Of a stretch of DNA of 64,000 bases, positions 42,401 through 54,400 are shown one piece after another. How positions within the stretch are numbered: the first letter of the stretch is position 1; every line of letters begins with the position of its first letter. The stretch spans positions 62,001 to 126,000 of the forward strand of contig CBDIYR020000303.1 in the NCBI GenBank assembly GCA_965287045.1, in the 5' to 3' direction. The translations under genes were made by a program, and so were the position numbers. A model generated the notes under the pieces. It did not search any database and was not told the DNA's origin. It was given only the letters and a program-made list of their open reading frames with translations. Source of the stretch: Carcharhinus amblyrhynchos. Taxonomy: Eukaryota.

Positions 42401-45400
42401 AAATCATCTCAAATAAATATTTGCAAAGTGTAAACCTGAACAAACCAATGTGATCTTAAACAGGAACCTCATCAACAGGACAGGAATCAACTGGAGAATC
42501 AACTTCAACTGACACAACCACATTAACCAGCAGTGCAAATGTTCCCACCACATCTCCTGGAGCCTCAGTATCAGGAGGTAAATGCCAGACATTGGGATCT
42601 ATGGGGTGGACAGTTATTCATTGATGCAGTCGGGAAAGTGTGCAGGTTGTATTTCCAAACTTTATTTGAGGAGGACAGTACTGGATCCTTGACGTTTGAA
42701 ATTTTCAAATGTCCTACAGGGGGGAATGGAACTGAAAACTCACTTTCACCAATTAACGGCCCCTTGACCTCATTAAGGAACCTGTCACAGTTTCTCTCTG
42801 GGAACAGTGTCACTGAATAAACATAGAGATTAACAGCCTTCAATTCATACACAATAGGAGTACTAAATTCAAGATGCACGTGAACAGACAATGTATTTCA
42901 ATGACGTTGCTAAGATTTACGCAGGACCACTGTCCTGCTTCTGTTCACAATGTACCCTCAGATCCAGTACTGGACCAAAGTGGAGAGATTGCGTTCCATT
43001 GAACATCTCAGGGGGGAATGATATCTGTGACAGTGAAGCACTCTCTCTGTGCACTACTGAGAGGATCAGCCTAGCTTTTGCTCTTTGAATCCGTGACTGC
43101 CTCTTAACGTTGATCCAGAAGGAGCCTATGAGAAGTAGTCTTCCATTTCAATATGACAGAAGTACTAGTATTTGAGCGCCGGTGTGTGGACATTCAGATG
43201 GGAAAGCAGAAACATGGAAAGACCGTTCATTATAAATGTGACACAATTAACTTGATTTTAAACAGGAACAACATCAACAGAACAGGAATCAACAAGTGAA
43301 TCAAGTTCAACTGGATCTCCAGCAGCAACCAGCCGCCCAAATCCTGGCCTGACATCGACTGGACCCCGGACATCAGGAGGTAAATGACAGACAATCTGAC
43401 CGATTGTTTCAACATATCAAACTGGAAATATTCTCTGAGCAGCTGGTAGACAAATGGGGAACACAAATCTCTGAAGTTTCTCTTGCTTGAATTCTAACAC
43501 TATCTGTTAGTAGTTTATGTGAAACACTTACAATATCAGAGGAAGAAATACGTGAAGTCAGTTTAGGCACAATAAGATGCCAGAGAAAATTTTGATAACC
43601 TTTGAACAGAGTGTAGAATGTTAGACACTGAGCAAAGTCAGACCCCTAAAATAACATTTAAGGGATGAGCATGTTACACACCCTACCTATCGGTTTGGAG
43701 CATCCATTTGAGCAGATCGCGCTTTCTAATAGGATGGGTGATTGTGATCACAAATCATCTGAAACAAAAGCATAAATCTGAACAAACTAATGTGATCTTA
43801 AATAGGAACCTCATCAACAGGACAGGAATCAACTGGAGAATCAACTTCAACTGTCACAACACCATTAACCAGCAGTGCCGCTGTTCCCACCTCATCTTCT
43901 GCAGCCCCAACATCAGGAGGTAAGTGCCAGACATTGGGATCTAAGGGGTGGACAATTATTCGTTTCCGAAGTCGGGAAAGCGTGCAGGCACAATTTCCAA
44001 ATTATATTCCGGGGGGGCAGCGCTGGATCCTTGGGACAGTTTGAAGTGAGGAAATGCCCTGAAAACTCACTTTCACAATTAACAGCCCCTTGACCTCATT
44101 AAGGAACCTGTCACAGTTTCTCTCCAGGAACAGTGTCACTGAATAAACGGTGAGATACACAGCCTTCTCTTTCTTGAATTCTAACAGTATCTGTCAGCAG
44201 TTTATGTGAAACACTTACAATATCAGAGGAAGAAATATTTGAAGTCAACTTAGGGACAATAAGATGCCAGAGAAAATTTTGATAACTTTTGAACAGAGTG
44301 TAGAATGTTAGACACTGAGCAAAGTCAGACCCCTAAAATAACATTTAAGGGATGAGCATGTTACACACCCTACCTATCGGTTTGGAGCATCCATTTGAGC
44401 AGATTGCGCTTTCTAATAGGATGGGTGATTGTGATCACAAATCATCTAAACAAAAGGCTTAGAAGCATAAATGTGAACAAACTAATGTGATCTTAAATAG
44501 GAACCTCATCAACAGGACAGGAATCAACTGGAGAATCAACTTCAACTGTCACAACACCATTAACCAGCAGTGCAGATGTTCCCACCTCATCTTCTGCGGC
44601 CCCAACATCAGGAGGTAAGTGCCAGACGTTGGGATCTAAGGGGTGGACAATTATTCATTTCTGAAGTCAGGAAAGTGTGCAGGCACAACTTCCAAATTAT
44701 ATTCCGGGTGGGCAGTGCTGGATCCTTGGGACAGTTTGAACTGAGGAAATGCCCTGAAATCTCACTTTCACCAATTAACGGCTCCTTGACCTCATTAAGG
44801 AACCCGTCACAGTTTCTCTCCAGGCACAGTGTCACTGAATAAACAGTGAGATACACAGCCTTCAATTCATACACAATGGGAGCATTAAATTCAAGATGCA
44901 CGTGAGCAGGCAATCTATTTCAATGACGTTGCTAAGATTTACGCAGGACCACTGTCCTGCTTCTGTTCACAATGTACCCTCAGATCCAGTACTGGACCAA
45001 AGTGGGGAGATTGCGCTCCATTGAACATCTTGGGGCGAATTATATCTGTGACATTGAAGCACTCCCTCTGAGCACTACTGAGAGGATCAGCCTAGCTTTG
45101 CTCTTTGAAGCTGTGACTGCCTCTTAACGTTGATCCAGAAGGAGCCTATGAGAAGTAGTCTTCCATTTCAATATGACAGAAGTACTAGTATTTGAGCGCC
45201 GGTGTGTGGACATTCAGATGGGAAAGCAGAAACATGGAAAGACCGTTCATTATAAATGTGACACAATTAACTTGATTTTAAACAGGAACAACATCAACAG
45301 AACAGGTATCAACAAGTGAATCAAGTTCAACTGGATCTCCAGCAGCAACCAGCCGCCCAAATCCTGGCCTGACATCGACTGGACCCCGGACATCAGGAGG

Positions 45401-48400
45401 TAAATGACAGACAATCTGACCGATTGTTTCAACATATCAAACTGGAAATATTCTCTGAGCAGCTGGTAGACAAATGGGGAACACAAATCTCTGAAGTTTC
45501 TCTTGCTTGAATTCTAACACTATCTGTTAGTAGTTTATGTGAAACACTTACAATATCAGAGGAAGAAATACGTGAAGTCAGTTTAGGCACAATAAGATGC
45601 CAGAGAAAATTTTGATAACCTTTCAACAGAGAGTAGAATGTTAGACACTGAGCAAAGTCTGACCCCTAAAATAACATTTAAGGGATGAGCATGTTACACA
45701 CCCTACCTATCGGTTTGGAGCATCCATTTGAGCAGATCGCGCTTTCTAATACGATGGGTGATTGTGATCACAAATCATCTGAAACAAAAGCATAAATCTG
45801 AACAAACTAATGTGATCTTAAATAGGAACCTCATCAACACGACAGCAATCAACTGGAGAATCAACTTCAACTGACAGAACCACATTAACCAGCAGTGCAA
45901 ATGTTCCCACCCCATCTCCTGGAACCTCAGTATCAGGAGGTAAATGCCAGACATTGGGGTCTATGGGGCGGACAGTTATTCATTGCTGCAGTCGGGAAAG
46001 TGTGCAGGTGCAATTTCCAAATTTCATTCGAGGAGGACGGTACTGGATCCTGTCACAGTTTCTCTCTGGGAACAGTGTCACTGAATAAACATAGATATAC
46101 ACAGCCTTGAATTCATACACAATGGGAGCATTAAATTCAAGATGCACGTGAGCAGGGAATCTATTTCAATGACGTTGCTAAGATTTACGCAGGACCACTG
46201 TCCTGCTTCTGTTCACAATGTACCCTCAGATCCAGTACTGGACCAAAGTGGGGAGATTGCGCTCCATTGAACATCTCGGGGGGAATGATATCTAGTATTT
46301 GCGAGCTGGTGTGTGGACATTCAGATGGGAAAGCAGAAACATGGAAAGACCATTCATTATAAATGTGACACAATTAACTTGATACTAAACAGGAACAACA
46401 TCAACAGAACAGGAATCAACAAGCGAACATAGTTCAACTGACTCTCCAGCAGCAACCAGCAGCCCAAATTCTGCCCTGACATCGACTGGACCCAGGACAT
46501 CAGGAGGTAAATGACAGACAATCTGACCGATTGTTTCAACATATCAAACTGGAAATATTCTCTGAGCAGCTGGTAGACGAATGGGGGACACAATTCTCTG
46601 AAATTTCTCTTTCTTGAATTCTAACACTATCTGTCAGTAGTTTATGTGAAACTTACAATATCAGATGAATGGGAAACATAATTGTCTGAAGTTTCTCTTC
46701 CTTAAATTCTCACACTAAGTGTAACTAGTTTAGGTAAAACAGTTAAAAATCAGAGGAAGGAATATGTGAAGTCAATTTAGGCACAGTAAGATGCTAGAGA
46801 AAATTCTGATGACCTTTGAACTGAGTGAAGAATGTTAGACACTGAGCAAAGTCAGACTCCTAAAATAACATTTAGATTAAGGAGGATGTTATCCTTCCTT
46901 CTGAATTGGAGCATCCATTTGAGTAGATGAAACAGTGTAATGGGACGGACGATTCTGATAACAAATCATCTGAAATAAATCAGCTTGGATCATGTAGATC
47001 AAGCCCAAGACAGGAGATGAGAGCCCTGTCTTGTCAGCTTGGATCGGGAATGTCTCAACTTGTCGAGATTCTGAATTGGACTTGATTTGATTGAACTGGA
47101 TAAAAACAATGAAAAAAATATTTAGATTAAGGAGGGAGAATGTTAAACACCTATTTCCTCTTCTAGTGAAGACTTGAGCAGTGTAATGGGATGGGTGATT
47201 CTGATCACAATTCCTGTGCAAAAAATACAAAAGAAATTTAGATCTGAACAAACTGACGTTATATTAACAGGAACCTCATCAACAGAACAGAAATCAACTG
47301 GACAATCAACTTCAACTGACACAACACCATTAACCAGCAGTGCAGATGTTTCCACCACATCTCCTGGAGCCTCAGTATCAGGAGGTAAATGTTATACATT
47401 GTATTGAGCTGGAGTTCTATTTGTCACAGGATAATAAGCTCTTTTTTCCAGCTGTGTTATTTTGTGAAATTTGTGTGATCAACTGGAACTGGTGAACATG
47501 AGGCATTAACTTGGTATCTGTGGCCCCTTTGCTCTCCATGTCCTATCCGTGCCACTGCATGCCCCTGTACCAACCCCTCCAAACCCCCATGTTATCTAGT
47601 GCCCTGTACCCATAGCAAGCAATTTTGTTCACACTTCAGACATTTTTGTTCCAAAATTTAAAATGCCTTAACAGCTTGATAGCTTCCTTTGACATTTGGT
47701 TTTGACAGGTCCTTTTGACAGTCCTGTCAGGTTCTCTTGACAGTTCTGGCTTTTGCCTTTCAGAGGTCTCTTTGACAGGTATTTCTGACAATATTGACAA
47801 ATGCAGCAGAATTTTCAGGCTCCCCACGGCGTGTTTCTCAGTGGTGGGAGGGGTGCCACCATTGGCCGGCAAATGGGGATGTTCTGGTCCAGCTCCTGTC
47901 ACTGGGATTACCCACTGAATCTACCCCCTGCCGCTGGGAAATCCATGGTGCGGGTGCATCATTGGCAGGACCAGAAGATTCCGCCGCCAGCCAGTGGCCT
48001 GAAAGTCCCACTCTTGATGTTGACAGGTCTGTTGACAGTTCCAATACAAACATGCTTACTATCTCCATTTTAAATTCCAAAACAGTATTTACTACAACAA
48101 GTTCAATGACCACCACTATCAGACAGTCCAGTACAAACACCAATGAAGTACCGTCGACTACAGGTGAATGATTTTGTATATCGTTGTATTAATGGTGTTG
48201 TTTGCGGTAATCTTGAAATATGTTCCTTAGAATGACTGAAAGTCCAGTTGTTGCAAATAGGGACATATAGATCAGTTAGATGATAATTGTTTCTCTGCGC
48301 ATTGAGTTAGAGTGGAATTATTCGCATACAGATTTAGATTATAGTGTATTTCACAACCTTGGGAGATTGCAAAGCATTTTTGCAGTATTTCTGAAGTGTG

Positions 48401-51400
48401 GTTACAGTTATTAATTGCACAGCAGAACTCCATAAACAGCTGCAGTCATACAGAGATGATAATCTGTTTTAGTGATAAACACTGACCAGGTCACCAAGGA
48501 GAACTCCCCTGCTTTTCTTCCAATAAGTGCCACAGCTTCTTTTACCGTCCCCTTAGAGCAAATTAGACCTTGGTCTAATGTTCTAGTGTCTCACTCCCTC
48601 AGTCTTGCATTGAGATTATCAACCTGGAGTGGGCTTGAGTCAACAGTGGGAAGGCAAGACTGTAGTCCCTGGAGCCATGACTAACATTATTTTATTGTCA
48701 TTATGACATTGTGATTCCAGCTCACTGCTCCTGTCTTAAGGTCCTGCAATTGTTGGAAAGTATAAAGCTTCAATCTATTAAACAGAAGGACAGTAACATA
48801 TATCATACAGTTCATCCTCTAATGTTTACCCATGATTATGAATGCTTGTGTCTTCAGTTCTACCAGTTAATCAATGTGAAAATGGAGGTTCCAGTGTTGA
48901 TGGAAAATGTATTTGCCCAATGCCATATCAAGGAGAGTACTGTAAATCAGTATCCAATTCTTTTCCAGGTAAGTTAGATTTGTTTTATAGTTATAGGTTA
49001 CTAGTTTTATAGTTTATAGGTTACAAAGCTTTCGTGGTTTGATTGCTGTGACTGTATAAGAAAATTATTTTGAAAGATACACAATAAAATTTGGAGAGCA
49101 TTACATCCCAATATTAACACAGGAAACATTACACCCTGAAATTAACACAATAAATATTATGCCTCAATTTTAACACAGGAAACATTACACACCAATTTTA
49201 AAACAGGAAGCATTAAACCCTGATAGTAACACAGAAAACGTGACACACCAATATTAACACAGGAAACATGACACACCAATGTTAACACAGGAAACATTAC
49301 ACCCCCATATTAACACAGAAAAGATTACACCCCAATACTAACACAGGAAACACTGCACACCAATTTTAACACAGGAAACATTACTCACCAATATTAAACA
49401 CAGGAAACATTACACCCAGATATTAACACAGGAAACATTACACCACAACATTAACACAGGAAACATTAAACCTCAATATTAACACAGGAAACATTACACC
49501 ACGACATTGACACAGGAAACATTAAACCTCAATATTAACACAGGAAACGTTACACCACGACATTAACACAGGAAACATTAAACCTCAATATTAACACAGG
49601 AAACATTACACCACGACATTAACACAGGAAACATGACATTTCAATGTTAACACAGAAAACATTACACCCAGATATTAATACAGGAAATGTAACACACAAA
49701 TATTAACACAGGAGAGATGACATCCCAATATTAACAGATGAAACATTACACCTCCATATTAACACGGGAAACATTACACCACGACATTAACACAGGAAAC
49801 ATTACACTCTGATATTAACACAGGAAACATTACACACCAATATTAACACAGCAAACATTACACACCAATATTAACATAGCAAATATTACACACCAATATT
49901 AACACAGCAAACATTACACACCAATATTAACACAGCAAACATTACACACCAATATTAACATAGGAATCATTACACTCTAGTATTAACACAGGAAACATTA
50001 CACACCAATATTAACACAGGAAACATTACAGCCTGATATTAACACTGGGTACATTACAACCTGATGTTAACACAAGAAACATTACATCTCAATATTAACA
50101 TAGGAAACATCAACATCAAAATTAGGACTCAACATGTTTTAAAAATTTAAAATAATTTCAAAATTTAAATGTATTTTCTCCTATCTCCCTAGCCTCCACT
50201 CCTCACCTAATTACCCTTCTCATACTCCCTATTCCCTACTGATTTCTGTCTTTCATCTATCCCCACCTCCACCTCTTATCCACTTTATAAACATAAGTCC
50301 TATTATAAATGCTAGATTGCATTCAAAAGCCAATAAAGCCTCAAATCAAACTGTTGTATAAAATTTGATAAGAATTTATTACCACATTAAAAAGCTGGAT
50401 AACATCTGTGAGCCCATACATCCCTAAAGTAAGTAATTTGACCTCAGAACTGCTAATTTCAGCAGAAGCTAAAATGAAAATATAAACGGAATTGCAAGTG
50501 CTTGAAAAATGACTTCCTTTTTCAAACTCTTCCTGCCTCCATGCATCTGGCATAAATCCCACCAGCTGCTGAAACCTGGCTGCCTGATACAAAATTAGAA
50601 AGCTTTCCAGAGATAAGCTCCTAATGAGGCTGCCACTATGTAAATTAACTTGTTAATAGAAACGGGTCATTCTCCTGCCCTCAGAAAAATGGTGGAGGGC
50701 AGAAACAAGTGGAATGTCCAGCTGAGTCACTTGGAGGACATTTTGTTTGCCATCTTGCTTCCATTCCTGTCTGATTTGGGAGGGGCAAATTCCAGCCCAT
50801 GATATATGTCTTACTCATAGACGGTGTAAGGTATTAACATGTGTTGCAATGCATTGCAGGAATCGTGACTTATGTAATCAGAGTGACAGTGGAGGTACAG
50901 AATAGAAATTATTCCACTGAACTGGAGAACAGAACATCTGATGAGTTCAGAAACTTTTCAAAGGAATTTAAGCAACAGGTTGGAAACTTTCAATAAATTC
51001 TACTGGAAATTTTTTTGAAAACATTATGATATGCCATGTTCCAATTACCATTCACATTTAGGTATTAATAGTTAAATGTCTGGAAATAAAGATTCATATC
51101 CCTGGCTATAGAATTAAAAGAGGAGTTCACTTGGCATCCGATCTGCAATATTTCCCCTGTTAAGGAACTGAATGCTGCCTACTGCACCGAATAATCCTAA
51201 CCAAAGTCTCAAATAGTCTTCTTTGTGTTTGACGAAATATATATCCTCGGCCTATCTGTTTTCTTGACATGGTTGACCACACCATTCTCCTCCAATGCCT
51301 GTCCCCATTGTCCACTTCAGTAGGTTGATCATTCCTTGGTATCTCCTGCAATGAAAGCTGGGAGTAACCTTAGACTGGGCCTGTAAAGAACAAAATGCTG

Positions 51401-54400
51401 TGGAGAGTGTGCTGTAATGTATAAGGGCAGCAAAGGATCATTGGCCATGTTAAGAAACTAACGAGGGATATCTTCACCACAGTTCTGAATATTGGTTGTC
51501 CACTAAATAATGTTTAGTCACTTTTGCTTTTAGTTTGTTAGAATAAAAGTCCTTAAACTTGAAATCTTGTTTTGCAATTCCTTTCAGTCGATAACTGAGA
51601 ATTCAAATATTTGTTTGGAAGTTACCCGTCACTATGGGGATTGTAATAAGATGCATGCTAAACACTGGATATTCCCCTATCCTTGCCCCACTTGGAACAT
51701 CAGGCCTGCATCCGATTCTGAAAGACCCCTCAATTCTATAGCCAGAATTCTCCGGCTGTTCACCCAAGAGGGATTCTCTCACCTTGCTGCAGTGAACGGA
51801 GGTTTGGCTGGGCACTAAATTCTCTGTCCTCGCTTGCAGCAGCAGTGGGGCGTGAATGCCTGGAAAATTCCAACCTCCGTCGCACACTTTTCCTATTCTG
51901 TGTCACTCTACGGAAGACCATTCCCATTTCCTTGGGCTGTCTCTTTAATACACGTACGCAGGTGTGCATGTTTACTTATCTACCCTTTTATCTTTTATAG
52001 ATGAAACTTGTTTATGGGCGTATTCGTGGATATGATACTGTAGAGATCACAATGACAAGGTAAGGATTTCAGAACAAAATACTTTGTTCTGTTAAATTTA
52101 TATTACTGGCGACAAAGACTTGCTGTATGTTCATTTTTAATTAGGTATGCATCTGCATAGAAGACATTTCAGTTCCGACAATGAAATATCCTCCAAGTTA
52201 GAGATGTAGATTCAAATTCACTTCAGAGGCTAGAGCACACGGTTTAAGCTGACATTGCATGGCAATACAGAAGGAGTGTTGCACTGTCAGAGATGCTATC
52301 CTTTGGTTGGGACATTAAGGGCTCATTTGCCTCTGAGGTCACTCTCCACTATTTCACAGCACCAAAGGGATCCTGAGCTTTACACACAGAGGCATCAGGA
52401 CCAAAAGAAAGTTATAGTACACCTTTATAAATTATAAGTAAGGCCCAGTTAGAGTCAAATTCACATTTCAAGATGGATGGCAAAGTCTTGCGGAAAGTGC
52501 AGAAGTGATTTAACAGAATGGTACCAGAGATGAGGGATTTCAATTATGTGGAGAGACTGGAGGAGCTTGGATTTTTCTACTTGGAGCAGAGAAGGTTAAA
52601 GAGAGGTCTAATGAGAATTTGAAATTCTGAAGAGTTTTAGAAAAGGAAATAAGGTGAAACTATTTCCTCTGGCAGGACAGTTGATAATTAAAGGATACAT
52701 ATTTCTGTTAATTGGCTAAAAAAGTGATTGGGCTAGTTCTGGAATGTACTTCTATACTTTCCAGCCTTCCCCACTGGTAGGACTGCCCCCTCCCGATGGA
52801 TTCCCCATTGGCGGGATGGATGAGCCACGCAAAGCGCTATAGGCACTGGAGAAGCTGGGAGGTCCCATTGGCGATGATGGTAGCCACATCTACCACCAGA
52901 AAATATGCAGCGGGTGGGCTAGAAAATCCTATCTTTAGTGTGGGTTGGAAGGTGGGATGAGTTGATGCTGGATGGAACTCCAGAAGCTAAAGCTTGAGCA
53001 AGACATGGATAAAGACATGGATGAAGGATGAGGTAAGAATCAGGTAAGGTTATTCATGCAAAGGTGTAAATAGGTGCTCTGATAATGAATAATGAAGGTT
53101 TAAAGGAGATAACTAAGGTTGCTCACTTTTGGGTTCACACTGAACAAGTAATTGGAATGAAGATTATATTAGAAGTCAAATTACAGAAACATGCCTCTCA
53201 CTGACTTCAGGACTTAGCTATTTACTCATGGGTCTTAAGGCAAAGGTAGATGAAATTCAGCTCCATCAATTGTAACAGTTGGATCTTGTTCCTGAGCGAT
53301 GTTGGAGGAGAGCAGCTGCTACTGAACACAATTTACCATGTCTCTGTTTTCTCTCCTTCATGATTCAAGTCCGGGCAGCATCATTACAAATCACAAAGCT
53401 ATCTTCAACATTGAAGCACAGAAATTTAATGACAACGTGCTAAAGATTACAGAGGAACATATTAGAGAACGCTTACAAGACACGAATTGTACCAACGAGA
53501 ATAAATCAGGTAAGACTATGGTTCTGTTTTTAATCTCCCTGTGCAGTGAAGTCACACTGTCATTTCAATCCACTCATCCCTAGTTCCTTTGCTGCATATT
53601 TTCAGGTTCAGAGATCAATGACCAAGTTAATGGATTTCCTGCTTTATAATGCAACGTCTTTGTCATGGTTGTGTTGAGTACTGATCCAAACTCATCCTCC
53701 CTCCATTACAGCAATCCAATGGAAATCACTAATAGACCCCAATATGGTGATGAGCAAAATTGGGATATACTCGGTGTTGGCCTGGCAGTCATCCTTTGAA
53801 GCTCTGAAAAAGAATCCCTCCAAATACCAGGCTTCTCTGCCACATCCTTGTGGACATGTATTAAACTCCCACATGTCTCCGCAATATAGCCCGTATCACC
53901 TGCATGATCCCCTGAACTCAGTTATAAGGCCCCATTAAATTAAACATCCATTTGTGGGTGAAAAAATTGAGGCTGATTCCTAATCTTCTATTCAATCATG
54001 GGGTGTGGACATCACAGGCCATGCCAGCATTTGTTGCCCATTCTCACTGCCCTCCAACTGAGTAGTTCGCTAGCCATTTCAAAGGACATTTTAAGAGTCA
54101 ATTATTGTGGATCTGGAGTCACATTTAAATTAGGCTGGGTAAGGACAGCAGATTTCCTTCCCTCAAGGATTACTGAGTCAAATGGATTTTTCCAACAACA
54201 GTTTCATGGTCATCATTAGACCTTTCATTCCAGATTTTTATTGAATTCAAATTCCACCAACTGCCAGGGTGGGATTCAAATCCTGGATCTCTGGATTACT
54301 AATCCAGAGACAATACCACTAAGCCACTACCTTCCCAAGCATGCAAATATAGGATGTCAAGGGCTTATACATCTATTACATGAAAAAAATTGATTTTTGG

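Noticed and set aside
120-46593. Recurrent 94-aa, 77/69-aa, 78-aa and 65-aa ORFs (MPEKIL..., MFPPHL..., MCSPFV..., MKGYQN...)
   Set aside because: They are alternate-frame or antisense shadows of the exon/intron unit. They are broken by intron indels and have no recognisable domain. The hydrophobic 78-aa ORF is just the antisense of Thr/Ser codons.
47690-47800. Cluster of TTGACAG motifs (MEIS/TGIF-like TGACAG or decoy acceptors)
   Set aside because: Short degenerate low-complexity patch with no open exon and no independent support for function.
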